From the NCBI GenBank assembly GCA_964576115.1, contig CAZNUA010000033.1, forward strand, positions 1 to 41,114: a stretch of DNA of 41,114 bases, in the 5' to 3' direction. The notes under the pieces were generated by a model that saw nothing but the letters and a program-made list of their open reading frames with translations, did no database searches and was not told the DNA's origin. Below, piece by piece: positions 22,682 to 32,859 of this stretch; within the stretch, counting starts at the first letter, position 1, and every line of letters begins with the position of its first letter. The stretch is from an uncultured Gemmatimonadota bacterium (GTDB lineage Bacteria; Blakebacterota; Blakebacteria; Blakebacterales; Blakebacteraceae). The position numbers were made by a program, and so were the translations under genes.

Positions 22682-24607
22682 TCAGCGAATCTTGAGCAGG
22701 GTCGTGCGCGCCCGCAATCCCTCGAACACAAAGACGGCATGGTAGACCCCGGAAGCGACCAGGGCCCCGGAGCTGTTCCGGCCGTCCCAGGCGACCTCGT
22801 ACACCCCGGCCCGGGGAACGTCTTCGGCCTCGAGCCCGAGGGTACGAACCAGGGTGCCGCTACGGGTGAATACGAAAATGCGGCCCTCGCCGGCCGAGGG
22901 CACGGAGCAGACGAAGGTCGTTGTGGAACTGAAGGGGTTGGGGTAGGTGAAGAATTCGAGCCGGCCCGGGTCGGGAATCGGAATATCGCCCCAGGCGTTG
23001 GCTCGCGCTCCCCGCACGTAGCCCCAGCCGTAGTCGTTGTCCGGTTCCCCCGGTTCCAGATTGTTCGAGCGGTCGGCGCTGGCCCGCAGCACATCGAGGA
23101 CTTTCATTGGATTCCAGTCGGGGTGGGCCTCCAGCAACAGGGCCACCACCCCGGTCACCAGCGGGCTCGAGAAACTGGTCCCGTCGAGGGAAAGATCGTA
23201 CCCGCTCAGATTGAGCGGGCTTGCCGAAGCCACATCCACCCCCCGGGCCATGACGTCGGGCTTGATCCGCCCGTCGAAGGTGGGACCGTGGCTCGAGAAT
23301 GAAACGCGCTGAGCATCGCCGATGGTGGCCCCGACGGCGATGACGCTGTCGCCGTCGGCGGGCGCGCCGATGTAGTAATAGACCGGTACCGTGTCGGGAT
23401 CGGGCGGCTCCGGATAACCGCCCTCGTTGCCGGCGCTGGTGACGACCACTACCCCACGGGCCGCGGCGGCGTCGGCCGCCCGGGTGATCGGAGCGGTATC
23501 TCCGTCCATGTCACGCCAGGAATACCAGTCATAGTACCCCAGACTGGTGTTGGTCACATCCACCCCCAGGGCTTCCATCCACTCGATGGCGGCGATCCAG
23601 TTGTCCTCTTCGGCAACTGTCTCCGAACCCTCGTCCTCGGTCTTGGCCAGCACGAACTCGGCCCCGAAGGCCGGTCCCACCAGAGTGCCGGGATTAAAGG
23701 CCGCGATCGTGCCCCAGACCCGGGTGCCGTGGTTCCAGGCGTTGGAGGGATCGCCGGGCTCGTTCTCGACTTCGGCGTCGTCGTTGACGAAGTCGTAGGA
23801 TGCGATGACCAGGGAATCGCGCAGGGCCTCGTGCCCGAACCGGAAGCCGGAATCGAGCACGCCGATAATGACCCCCGCGCCGGTCAGACCCAGTTCGTGC
23901 AGTTCGGGCACCTCGAGCGAGAGGCACTGCGCCCATGAAGCGCCGTAGTAATCGGCGTCGAACTGTGCCCCGGTGCGCCCACCGCCCCCCCTGCCCGTCA
24001 TTTGGATGTCAGAGCGCGCGACGGCGGGTCGGACCGGATCCGGCCGGGCCGGATCGAACCGGTCTCTCTCTCCCCCTTCCCTCGGCCGAACAACGGTCCG
24101 GCTGAGGGGAGTGATCCCCCTCACGCACTCCAGGGCGGCCACAGCCCCGAGATCGCCGGCAGCCAGTACTCCGCTGGCGGCGTTCAGCCAGCGGCTGGTC
24201 CGGCGCAGGCGCAGGCCGGCCGACGTCAGGTCATCCAGATAAGGCTGATGAACCGGCAGGTCGGCGGACACCAGTCCGGTGATCCGCCCGCGTCGGCGGC
24301 GGCGTTCGAGCGCCCGCTCGCTCACCTGCAACGACAGTCCGTTGAGAGCCCGCTGCAGGGCCGGGCCGCTCAGACCCTTGTCGCAGAGCCAGACCCAGAC
24401 ATGAAGAGAATCGAGGGGGGTGGGGGCAGCAGCGGCGCGCTGGACCAGAACCGGATGAACTTTCTCCGGGCGGATCGGATCCTGGGGCTGGCACGTCTCC
24501 CCGGCCCGGCCAGCGGAGCCTCCCGAGCCGGCTCCGGACAGTCCGAGACTCCCGATCAGGAGCACGGGCAGGACAGCAGACCGGGAGCGGTTCCGAGATC
24601 CGAGCAT
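22682..24607 (-). CDS. Subtilisin-like S8 serine protease with a C-terminal FlgD-Ig/T9SS-like domain
   Basis: Catalytic triad motifs VLDSG, NHGT and GTSFSSP; tail YPNPF...WDGRNSSGALVASGVY. Confidence 0.93.
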   Translation of the reverse strand: MLGSRNRSRSAVLPVLLIGSLGLSGAGSGGSAGRAGETCQPQDPIRPEKVHPVLVQRAAAAPTPLDSLHVWVWLCDKGLSGPALQRALNGLSLQVSERALERRRRRGRITGLVSADLPVHQPYLDDLTSAGLRLRRTSRWLNAASGVLAAGDLGAVAALECVRGITPLSRTVVRPREGGERDRFDPARPDPVRPAVARSDIQMTGRGGGGRTGAQFDADYYGASWAQCLSLEVPELHELGLTGAGVIIGVLDSGFRFGHEALRDSLVIASYDFVNDDAEVENEPGDPSNAWNHGTRVWGTIAAFNPGTLVGPAFGAEFVLAKTEDEGSETVAEEDNWIAAIEWMEALGVDVTNTSLGYYDWYSWRDMDGDTAPITRAADAAAARGVVVVTSAGNEGGYPEPPDPDTVPVYYYIGAPADGDSVIAVGATIGDAQRVSFSSHGPTFDGRIKPDVMARGVDVASASPLNLSGYDLSLDGTSFSSPLVTGVVALLLEAHPDWNPMKVLDVLRASADRSNNLEPGEPDNDYGWGYVRGARANAWGDIPIPDPGRLEFFTYPNPFSSTTTFVCSVPSAGEGRIFVFTRSGTLVRTLGLEAEDVPRAGVYEVAWDGRNSSGALVASGVYHAVFVFEGLRARTTLLKIR

Positions 24608-24628
24608 GATCCTCGATTCGGGAGCGCC

Positions 24629-25945
24629 TCAGGGGCGCAGCCGTTCCTCCAGATAGGCGGTAATGGCGTCAATCGAGATCCTGACCTGCTCGCAGGTATC
24701 GCGGTCGCGAACGGTCACGGTCGAATCCTCGACTGTCTGGCCGTCCACGGTCAGGCAGAAGGGGGTACCTACCTCGTCCATCCGGCGGTAGCGCCGCCCG
24801 ATGCTGCCCCCCTCGTCGTAGACCGCCGCCACCGCGCGGGCGCGCAGGTCCTCGACGATACGACGGGCGATCTCGGGCATTCCGTCACGCTTGACCAGGG
24901 GAAAAACGGCTGCCTGGATCGGAGCCATGTGCGGCGCGAAGCGCAGCAAGGCCCGCGGTTCCCCCTCGACCTCGTCCTCGTCGTAGGCGTCGGAGAGCAC
25001 GGTCAGAACGGTCCGGTCCACTCCGCCCGAGGATTCGATCACCGCCGGCACGAAACGCTCGTGGGTGTGAGGATCGAGATAGCTGAGTTCCTTGCCCGAA
25101 TGCTCCATGTGCTGGTCCAGGTCGTAGGTGCCGCGGTCGGCAATCCCTTCCAGCTCGGACCAGCCGAAGGGAAAGTCGTACTCGATGTCCTGGCAGGCCC
25201 GGGCGTAGTGGGCCAGTTCCTCTTCGGTGTGGGGCCGCAGACGCAGGCGCTCGGGGGTGATCCCGAGCGAGACATACCACTGCATCCGGGCCTCGAGCCA
25301 GTACTCGAACCACTGCTGCGAGTCTTCGGTACGGCAGAACCACTCCAGCTCCATCTGTTCGAACTCGCGGGAGCGGAAGATGAAGTTGCCGACCGTGATC
25401 TCGTTCCGGAAGGCCTTGCCGATCTGGGCGATACCGAAGGGGACTTTCCGGCGGCTGGCTTCCTGCACGTTGCGGAAGTTGACGAAGATGCCCTGGGCGG
25501 TCTCGGGCCGCAGCCACGCCACCGCCGAATCGTCTTCGATCGGGCCGATATAGGTCTTGAACATGAGGTTGAACATACGCGGCTCGCTCAAGGTTCCGCC
25601 GCATTCGGGACAGACCTCGCCCTCGACGTGATCCTGTCGGAAACGCCGCTTGCACGCGGCGCACTCCACCAGGGGATCCTGGAAGGAACCCACATGTCCC
25701 GAGGCTTCCCAGACGCGGGGATTCATCAGGATGGCCGCATCCATTCCCACCACATCCTCGCGCCGCCGTACGATCTCATCCCACCAGCGGGTCGTGACTG
25801 TGCGTTTGAGTTCCACCCCCAGCGGCCCGTAGTCCCAGGTCGAGCCGAGTCCGCCGTAGATCTCGCTCGAACGGAAGATGAAACCCTTCCGTTTGCCCAG
25901 GCTCGCCAGCCGATCCATCACCGCACTGCGATCGTCCTCTGCCAT
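24629..25945 (-). CDS. glyQS: Glycine--tRNA ligase, homodimeric (alpha2) type
   Basis: SEIYGG, DYGPLG, LRPETAQGIF, FRNEI, REFEQME and IGRRYRRMDEVGTP motifs; ATG 25945 with GGAG RBS. Confidence 0.97.
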   Translation of the reverse strand: MAEDDRSAVMDRLASLGKRKGFIFRSSEIYGGLGSTWDYGPLGVELKRTVTTRWWDEIVRRREDVVGMDAAILMNPRVWEASGHVGSFQDPLVECAACKRRFRQDHVEGEVCPECGGTLSEPRMFNLMFKTYIGPIEDDSAVAWLRPETAQGIFVNFRNVQEASRRKVPFGIAQIGKAFRNEITVGNFIFRSREFEQMELEWFCRTEDSQQWFEYWLEARMQWYVSLGITPERLRLRPHTEEELAHYARACQDIEYDFPFGWSELEGIADRGTYDLDQHMEHSGKELSYLDPHTHERFVPAVIESSGGVDRTVLTVLSDAYDEDEVEGEPRALLRFAPHMAPIQAAVFPLVKRDGMPEIARRIVEDLRARAVAAVYDEGGSIGRRYRRMDEVGTPFCLTVDGQTVEDSTVTVRDRDTCEQVRISIDAITAYLEERLRP

Positions 25946-26039
25946 CACTCTCCCTCTCTAACCTCTCTTGCCTCTCGTTCGGTACCCGCCCCTGCTCCGG
26001 TCCGCTCTCCCACCGCCGCCGACCCTGTTTTTCCCGACT

Positions 26040-29000
26040 TCAGAGGTACGGGCCGGGCGGCGGCTGGGGCGGCAGGGCCCCCGGCGCGCGGCCGGCCCGG
26101 ACGTTTTCCATGTGTTCGGTGGCCAGGCGCCCGTAATCGGAATCGGCGCCGTAGCGGGTGATGATCTGCTGGTAAAGATCGATCGCCGTTTCCTGCTGTC
26201 CCAGATGGGCGTAGGAATCGGCGGCCTTGAGCCGGGCCGTGACCGCGAAGAGGAACTGATCCTCATTCAGGATCGCCACCTTCATATATTCGAGCACGGC
26301 CTCTTCATAGTTGCCCATGGCGAAGAGCGTTTCGGCGAGCCACCACCGCAGACGGGCTTCCTGTTCGGAGTCGGTGGCGCGCAGATCGCGGAAGTAGTCG
26401 GCCGCCCGCCCGAACTGTCCCCCCTCGCGGTAGAGCCAGCCGAGTTTGACCTTCATGTCGAAGAGCGATTCCGATTCGGGAAAGCGCTCCAGATAAGTCA
26501 CCGCTTCCTGCTGGGCCATGTCCCACAGGCGCATGCGCTCGAGTGTCTGCACCAGGTTGTACTGGGCCGCCTCGGCCAGGGCCGGATCGGGCGAAAGCGT
26601 CACCTGGCGGAACAGAGGCATCGCGATCTCGTATTCGGCCACCCGGTAGGCCAGGTTGGCGAGCTGGAAACGGGCCCGCTCGGCCTGGGGGTGATCGGGA
26701 TGGTCCTCCACCAGCCGGGAATAGTACTCCCGGGCGTCCTCGGGCCTCTCCAGCCGGTCGGCTGCAACCGCCAGACCGTAGAGAGCGCCGGGTATGTAGT
26801 CGGATTCAGGGGCGTCCTCGAGAACCTGCAGCAGCACCTCCTCGGCCTCTTCCCACTGCTGCAGCTGCAGCTTCATCTGACCTTCGGCTGCCAGGAAGAA
26901 AGGTTCGTAGAGACGCATGATCTCCCGCTCGCGCCGCCAGGTCTGGTGGAAGGTTTCACGCCGTTCGGCGGCCGTCGAAGAGCGCCCGCCGGCATATGCC
27001 AGATAGACTAGCTCGGCTCCAGCCCGGGCCCGCGCCGAATCGGTGTCGGCCGTTTCGACCAGTCGGAGCCAGACCTCCTCGGCCAGCCCGAGTTCGCCGC
27101 GGTTCGACAGCATCAGCCCGAATGCCGGAGCGATCGAATCAGCTAGGGCCGAGGTCGGGACGGCCTCCCAGATGGCCCGGTACGCCGCCAGTTCTTCGAC
27201 CTCGTCACCGGAGCGGCGGGCAGCCTCGCCCCAGCGGGTCAGAGCCTCGAGCCGCAGTTCGGGATCGAGCAGGACGCCGGCCGCAATCCGGGCCGCCGCG
27301 GCGGCGTCGGCCCACTGCCCGGCGTCGGCCAGGGCCCGGGAGAGCTTCAGGTGCGCCCGGGGTTCATCACTCCCGGTGCAGCTCTGAGCGAAACGCTCGT
27401 ACGCCTCGATCGCTTCAAGGCTCCGCCCCTGCTCGAGCAGCAGGTCGCCGGTCGATTCGCTCGACCGGGCGGTCCAGGGGCTGGCCGGGAAGCGGCTGGC
27501 CAGCTCGCTGAAATGAGCGACCGCGGCGGTGCCGTCACCGCTGCGCAGACGGGCGTCACCGGCCATGAAGAGGAGTTCATCCAGAACCGCATCGGGGGGC
27601 TGGTCGGCCAGAGCGGCCTCGAGCAGGGGGGCGGCTTCGGCCCAGGCCTCGATACGATAGAGCGAGCGGCCCCGCCCCAGACGGGCGATCCGGCGCACCT
27701 CGATCGGCTTGTCCCCCTCGAGCAGCAGCCGATAGACATCGGCCGCTTCCTCGAAGTATCCCGGATCGGCGTGCCGGCCCAGCCCCTCGTTGGCTTCACC
27801 GAGACGCAGCAGGACGTCGTTGAGCCGGTCCGAAGCGGTGAAGGTATCCAGGAACCCGCGGTAGGAGTCGCGCATCGCCTGGAAATACAGGACCGGACGG
27901 TCGCGCAGGTCGGCCAGGTCGAGTTCGATCAGCGCCAGCTGCGCCCGTTCGGATGCTTCGCTCCTACCCCCGACCCGGACCGCTTCCCGGTAGGCCGCTG
28001 CCGCCTGCTCCCGCGGCCGGCGGGCTGCAGCCGTATCGACTTCGGTCCGGGCAATAACCGCCAGGGCCTCGAGGGCCTGGCCCTTCTCGAAGTGCGCCCG
28101 GGCGGCCCGGGGACCGTCGGACACCCGGACCAGGTAGCGGTCATAGGCTTCGACGGCGGTGGCGAAATCTTTCAGAGCGCCGGCATTGGCCTGGGCGATT
28201 TCGAGCAGAGCTTCTGTCGTCCCTCCACTCTCGGCCGAAGCCAGAGCCAGCATGGCCGACTGCAGCAGGCGCAGACCGGTTTCGAGATCGATCAGGCGGT
28301 AGCTGCGCCAGTAGGCGATTCTCTGTCCCGCCCGCTCGCCCCACGCTCCGGCCGTTCCGGCCAGGGGCTGCAGCTCGGTGATCGCCGAGGCGTACTCACC
28401 CTGCGCGGCCAGGGCATGGGCCGAAGACCAGAGTGCTTCTGCCCACAGCTCACCGCGGCTCACGGTCCCAACCGCCAACCGGTAGTACCCCGCGGCCGCG
28501 GAGGGATCGCTCAGGTGCCGTTCGTAGAGCCGGCCCAGGTCCATGGCGGCCCGGGCGCGGATCGAAGGGGGCAGATCGGTCTGTTGATACAGACCCCTCA
28601 GGCGGTCGGCCGCTTCGGGAATACGCTCCAGCCGCAGCAGGACATCCACGGCCACCGTCACGGCTTCGGCCCGGGCGGCGGCGTCGGTCGCGGCCTCGGC
28701 GGCCCGGTCGGCATAGCCCAGGGCGGCTTCAGCCCGACCGGCGTCGCGGGCGCAGCGAGCGGCTTCGAGCGCGAGAGCGGCTCCTTCGGTGCCCGGAATC
28801 AGCGGCAGGGCCAGATCGTACGCGGCCAGAGCGGAGTCAGGTTCTCCGATCGCATTGTGCGTGCGGGCCAGCCAGAGAGCGGCCCGGCCGCGTTCGCGGC
28901 CGCGGGTGCCGACGGTCGCCGCCCGAAGTTCGGTCAGCGCCTCGCCATGCCGATCCAGGCTCGAGAGCGCCTGGCCCAGCACTCCCCGCAGGGCCGGGAT

Positions 29001-29801
29001 CCGATCCTCCGGTGGTTCCGCCTCGAGGGCGGCCTGGATGATCGTGACCGCTTCCCCGGCCCGGTCGGCACCGATGAGCAGACGTCCCTGCACTGAAGCG
29101 GCATCGGCGCGCTGCTCGGGGGTCGTCGCCGAAGACGCGGCTTCATCGGCCAGTTCGAGAGCCCGCCCGGTCTGACCCAGGGCGATACGGGCTTCGGCTT
29201 CGAGCAGACGGAAACGGGGTTGGAGGGGATGGAAGGGAAAATCGCGATTGGCTGACGCCACCTGGTCGAGGGCATCGTCCATCCGGCCCTGGGCCAGCAG
29301 GGCTTCGATCAGACCGACGGCGGCGTCGGGACGCGAGTCATCGGCCGGGAAGAGATCGATGAAACTGTGGTAGGCCGATCCCGAAGCGGCGAAATCGCCG
29401 CCGGCGGCATAGAGCCGACCCGCCCGCAGCCACGCCTCGGGGGCCCGCACAGCTGAACCGTGATGGGTCGTGAAATCGCGGTAGGCGGCAGCGGCTTCGA
29501 GAGGGCGGCGAGCGGCTTCCAGAGCCTGCCCCAGCAGCCAGCGGGCTTCCTCGGCCTGCTGCAGCGCGAGTCCTGCGGCTAGTCTTTCCCGGAGCTGGCC
29601 GACAGCCAGATCGTACAGCCCGTCCTGGTACAGGGAACGGGCGAAGCGGAGCGGATCTTCCTGCTGCGGCAGAGGGAGCGCCGGCGCAGGTGAAGTCGAT
29701 GTGGCCGGGTCGCAGACCGATCCTGCCGCGGCTGCCGGAAGAACCGGCAGCATGAGGAGAACCGCAAGGACCAGCGGTACTGATCTCGGGCACCGTGCCA
29801 T
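26040..29801 (-). CDS. Very large exported tetratricopeptide-repeat protein (1253 aa)
   Basis: Signal peptide, many TPR-like units (A..Y..F...FP, AL..LG), CpoB/YbgF-like C-terminal repeats; AAGGAG RBS. Confidence 0.85.
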   Translation of the reverse strand: MARCPRSVPLVLAVLLMLPVLPAAAAGSVCDPATSTSPAPALPLPQQEDPLRFARSLYQDGLYDLAVGQLRERLAAGLALQQAEEARWLLGQALEAARRPLEAAAAYRDFTTHHGSAVRAPEAWLRAGRLYAAGGDFAASGSAYHSFIDLFPADDSRPDAAVGLIEALLAQGRMDDALDQVASANRDFPFHPLQPRFRLLEAEARIALGQTGRALELADEAASSATTPEQRADAASVQGRLLIGADRAGEAVTIIQAALEAEPPEDRIPALRGVLGQALSSLDRHGEALTELRAATVGTRGRERGRAALWLARTHNAIGEPDSALAAYDLALPLIPGTEGAALALEAARCARDAGRAEAALGYADRAAEAATDAAARAEAVTVAVDVLLRLERIPEAADRLRGLYQQTDLPPSIRARAAMDLGRLYERHLSDPSAAAGYYRLAVGTVSRGELWAEALWSSAHALAAQGEYASAITELQPLAGTAGAWGERAGQRIAYWRSYRLIDLETGLRLLQSAMLALASAESGGTTEALLEIAQANAGALKDFATAVEAYDRYLVRVSDGPRAARAHFEKGQALEALAVIARTEVDTAAARRPREQAAAAYREAVRVGGRSEASERAQLALIELDLADLRDRPVLYFQAMRDSYRGFLDTFTASDRLNDVLLRLGEANEGLGRHADPGYFEEAADVYRLLLEGDKPIEVRRIARLGRGRSLYRIEAWAEAAPLLEAALADQPPDAVLDELLFMAGDARLRSGDGTAAVAHFSELASRFPASPWTARSSESTGDLLLEQGRSLEAIEAYERFAQSCTGSDEPRAHLKLSRALADAGQWADAAAAARIAAGVLLDPELRLEALTRWGEAARRSGDEVEELAAYRAIWEAVPTSALADSIAPAFGLMLSNRGELGLAEEVWLRLVETADTDSARARAGAELVYLAYAGGRSSTAAERRETFHQTWRREREIMRLYEPFFLAAEGQMKLQLQQWEEAEEVLLQVLEDAPESDYIPGALYGLAVAADRLERPEDAREYYSRLVEDHPDHPQAERARFQLANLAYRVAEYEIAMPLFRQVTLSPDPALAEAAQYNLVQTLERMRLWDMAQQEAVTYLERFPESESLFDMKVKLGWLYREGGQFGRAADYFRDLRATDSEQEARLRWWLAETLFAMGNYEEAVLEYMKVAILNEDQFLFAVTARLKAADSYAHLGQQETAIDLYQQIITRYGADSDYGRLATEHMENVRAGRAPGALPPQPPPGPYL

Positions 29802-29933
29802 GGCGGATCACGCTCCTTAACAGACGGCCGTCGGATACGCCGCCTGCGGAATAGAGCCGTTTCCGGACCCAAACGCGCCGGGGTCCATTCGAAAACTACC
29901 AGGGTACAGTAGGGCTGTTTCCGAACGGAAAAC

Positions 29934-29963
29934 AAGCTAGGGTCCGCTTCCGAGCAGAGTCAA
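29934..29963 (-). promoter_or_regulatory. Putative sigma70 promoter for the TPR-glyQS operon
   Basis: Minus strand TTGACT-N18-TAGCTT, about 130 bp upstream of the TPR start. Confidence 0.55.
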
Positions 29964-30108
29964 GACGGCAACGATTCCCCCCTGTGCTCCCGCGATATCG
30001 CTCCGGGACCGATTTTTCCCTGATATTGACCGGCCGTTATACCGTATTCTATCCGGTGTCCGGTCCAGTCCGGACCCATCCAACGAGCGAGGACGCAGGA
30101 GGCATCCG

Positions 30109-30435
30109 ATGATACTGAGTACGACTCCCCAGATCGAAGGACGTTCGATTCAGGAATACATGGGCATCGTCACCGGCGAAGCGATCATGGGAGCCGACCT
30201 TTTCAAGGATTTCTTCGCAGGCATCCGGGACATCGTCGGCGGGCGCAGCGCCGCCTATGAGAAGGAGCTCATCCGGGCTCAGAAGATCGCCCTGGAAGAA
30301 ATCGAACACCGAGCCGCCCAGGTGGGAGCCAACGCCGTGGTGGGTGTCGATCTCGATTACGAGGTCGTCAAGGATACCATGCTCATGGTGACCGCCTCGG
30401 GCACCGCTGTGAAGGTTTCCGAACGCCGGCGCTGA
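30109..30435 (+). CDS. ybjQ: YbjQ/UPF0145 putative heavy-metal-binding protein
   Basis: [31 protein letters not shown] and ASGTAV motifs; AGGAGG RBS. Confidence 0.93.
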   Translation: MILSTTPQIEGRSIQEYMGIVTGEAIMGADLFKDFFAGIRDIVGGRSAAYEKELIRAQKIALEEIEHRAAQVGANAVVGVDLDYEVVKDTMLMVTASGTAVKVSERRR

Positions 30436-30517
30436 AGCGGTCCGGTTGACGGCCATCATCCCCCTTCCTAGACTAGTGTAAGTTTCCGTTTCCGCTTACC
30501 CCTGGAGGGAGAGTCGG

Positions 30518-31030
30518 ATGATGCCCTCGCGTAACCTCGCCCCCGGAGTGCTGCTGATCGCGCTCGGAGCCATCTTTCTGGCATCCAATCTCGGCGCCTT
30601 CGATCTCTTCGATTACTGGCCGGTTCTCCTCATTGTACTCGGGCTCTTCTTCTTCGGTCTCTGGCTCCGCGAACGGCCCAACTACGGCCTGCTGATGCCG
30701 TTCACGGTGCTGGTTGTCACCGGAGGGCTTTTTCTCTACTGCCAGCTCAACGGCTGGTACTATATGCGGGACCTGTGGCCGCTCTTCATCATCGCCCCCG
30801 GAATCGGATTCTTCCTGATGTATTTCCTGGGCGAGCAGGAAGGGGGGCTGCTCATTCCCGGCAGTATCCTGCTGGTTCTCGGAATCGTCTTCCTGAGCGG
30901 AAACCGCTGGATCGGCGACTGGTGGCCGGCGACCCTGATCGTCATCGGCGTTCTGCTCCTGCTCCGGCCGCCGAAGAGCTGGTCGGGGGACGTCTCCTCC
31001 GTCGAGGGCGAACCGATCGATCCTCCCTGA
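30518..31030 (+). CDS. DUF5668/LiaI-LiaF-like multipass membrane protein
   Basis: Repeated G..LI..G..FL..N.....WP..LI..G units; three WP motifs. Confidence 0.75.
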   Translation: MMPSRNLAPGVLLIALGAIFLASNLGAFDLFDYWPVLLIVLGLFFFGLWLRERPNYGLLMPFTVLVVTGGLFLYCQLNGWYYMRDLWPLFIIAPGIGFFLMYFLGEQEGGLLIPGSILLVLGIVFLSGNRWIGDWWPATLIVIGVLLLLRPPKSWSGDVSSVEGEPIDPP

Positions 31031-31109
31031 CGTGACGGACCCGGGAACGAACCCTGCGGGCGGGATCGTCCGCTCCATGACCGTCTGTGCAAACCGGAAA
31101 GGTCAGACC

Positions 31110-32819
31110 GTGAGTCGAGAACTGTTTTCACCGCACCGCACCCGGGTAACCGGGCGCCGCTCCCGGCTGTACATGACAGCCGCTTTGACCCTGTTCCTGC
31201 TGACGCTGACGGCCTTCACCGTTCTTCCTCGGCCGGCCGGTTCAGAGCCGGCGTACGCCAGTGGAGTGCGAGTCGAGATCTCCTTTGACGCCGGCGTCCG
31301 CTCCGAAGCCCTGACGGGCCGGGTCTACGTGGCCGTGAGCCGCGAGCGCGGCCGGGAGAGGAGAGGCCAGGTCATGGGTCCGATCTGGCAGGCGGGCGAG
31401 ACCGGCGTGCCGCTCTACGGTCTCAATGTCGAGGAGCTGCAGCCGGGACGGTCGGCAGTCATCAACGGTTCGGTCTTCGGCTGGCCGGTGGAGAGTCTCG
31501 ACGAGATCCCCCCCGGCGACTACTGGGTCCAGGGCTTCGCGAACGTCTATACCCGTTTCGAACGTGCCGACGGCCACACCGTCTGGATGCACATGGATCA
31601 GTGGGAAGGACAGAACTGGCGCAACTCGCCGGGCAACCTTTACAGCGAACCGCAGCAGATCACGATTTCCGGGCGCGGGACCACGACCATCCGGCTCGTG
31701 TGCGACCAGATCGTCGGACCCCGGCCCGAGCCCGAAGAGACCGCCGATGTGAAGATCATCAAGTTCGAGAGCCCCATCCTCTCGGCCTGGTGGGGACACC
31801 CGATCTACATCGGCGCCACGGTCCGGCTCCCCGCCGGATACGACGACCATCCCGACACCTACTACCCGGTCAACTACGTTCAGGGGCATTTCTCCACAGG
31901 GGCCCCCCGGATGCCCCTGGAGGAACAGCTGGCCGAGACCTGGCCCGAGGGGGACATTCCTCGTTTCATCTACGTCAATTTTCAGCACCCCTCGCCCTAC
32001 TATGACGACTCCTACGGAGTGAATTCGGCCAACAACGGTCCCTACGGCGACGCCATCATGCACGAGCTGATCCCCGCCGTGGAAGAGCGCTTCCGTATCA
32101 TCCGCGAGCCGTGGGCCCGCAAACTGACCGGCGGCTCGACCGGCGGCTGGATCGCCCTGGCTTACCAGGTCTTCTACCCCGACTTCTTCGGCGGTTGTTG
32201 GGCCAGCTGCCCCGACGGGGTCGATTTCCGCGGCTACCAGATCGTCAACATCTATGCGGACGAGAACGCGTACTTCCTCGACCGGGACTGGATGCGCATC
32301 GAGCGGCCCAACCGGCGCAGCCCCGACGGCAACATCCGCTCGATGATGAAGGACGAGAACCTCTACGAGCTGGTGGTCGGAGACCACTCCCGCTCGGGTG
32401 GTCAATGGGACATATGGGAAGCGACCTACTCTCCCTGCGGATCCGACGGTTACCCGGCCCGCATCTGGGACAAGCGGACTGGGGAGATCGACCGCGAGGT
32501 GGCCGAGTACTGGCGCGAGAACTACGACCTGCGCTACATCCTCGAGCGCGACTGGGCGACCCTGGGGCCGAAACTGGTGGGCAAGATCCATGTCTACTGC
32601 GGCGACATGGACAGCTACTACCTCAATAACGGGGTGCACTTCCTGCACGATTTCCTCGAAAGCACCACCCAGCCCTACTACTATGGTGAAGTGGCCTTCC
32701 AGCCCCTGGCTCCCCACTGCTGGGGACCGCGGGGAGTGGAACAGCTGCAGCTGATGACCCGGCACATCGAGGAGTGGGCGCCCCCCGAAGCCGATCTGAC
32801 CTCGTGGCGGTACCGGTAA
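31110..32819 (+). CDS. Secreted alpha/beta-hydrolase (esterase-like)
   Basis: Nucleophile elbow GGSTGG, LPAGY..HP...YPV and DSYGVNSANNGPYGD motifs. Start uncertain (GTG 31110 or ATG 31173). Confidence 0.8.
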   Translation: MSRELFSPHRTRVTGRRSRLYMTAALTLFLLTLTAFTVLPRPAGSEPAYASGVRVEISFDAGVRSEALTGRVYVAVSRERGRERRGQVMGPIWQAGETGVPLYGLNVEELQPGRSAVINGSVFGWPVESLDEIPPGDYWVQGFANVYTRFERADGHTVWMHMDQWEGQNWRNSPGNLYSEPQQITISGRGTTTIRLVCDQIVGPRPEPEETADVKIIKFESPILSAWWGHPIYIGATVRLPAGYDDHPDTYYPVNYVQGHFSTGAPRMPLEEQLAETWPEGDIPRFIYVNFQHPSPYYDDSYGVNSANNGPYGDAIMHELIPAVEERFRIIREPWARKLTGGSTGGWIALAYQVFYPDFFGGCWASCPDGVDFRGYQIVNIYADENAYFLDRDWMRIERPNRRSPDGNIRSMMKDENLYELVVGDHSRSGGQWDIWEATYSPCGSDGYPARIWDKRTGEIDREVAEYWRENYDLRYILERDWATLGPKLVGKIHVYCGDMDSYYLNNGVHFLHDFLESTTQPYYYGEVAFQPLAPHCWGPRGVEQLQLMTRHIEEWAPPEADLTSWRYR

Positions 32820-32859
32820 GGATTCCCGATGGCTGCGACCGACCGGAGCTGAACCGACG

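Noticed and set aside
25946..26039. T-box upstream of glyQS
   Set aside because: The spacer is under 100 bp and has no T-box sequence or terminator.
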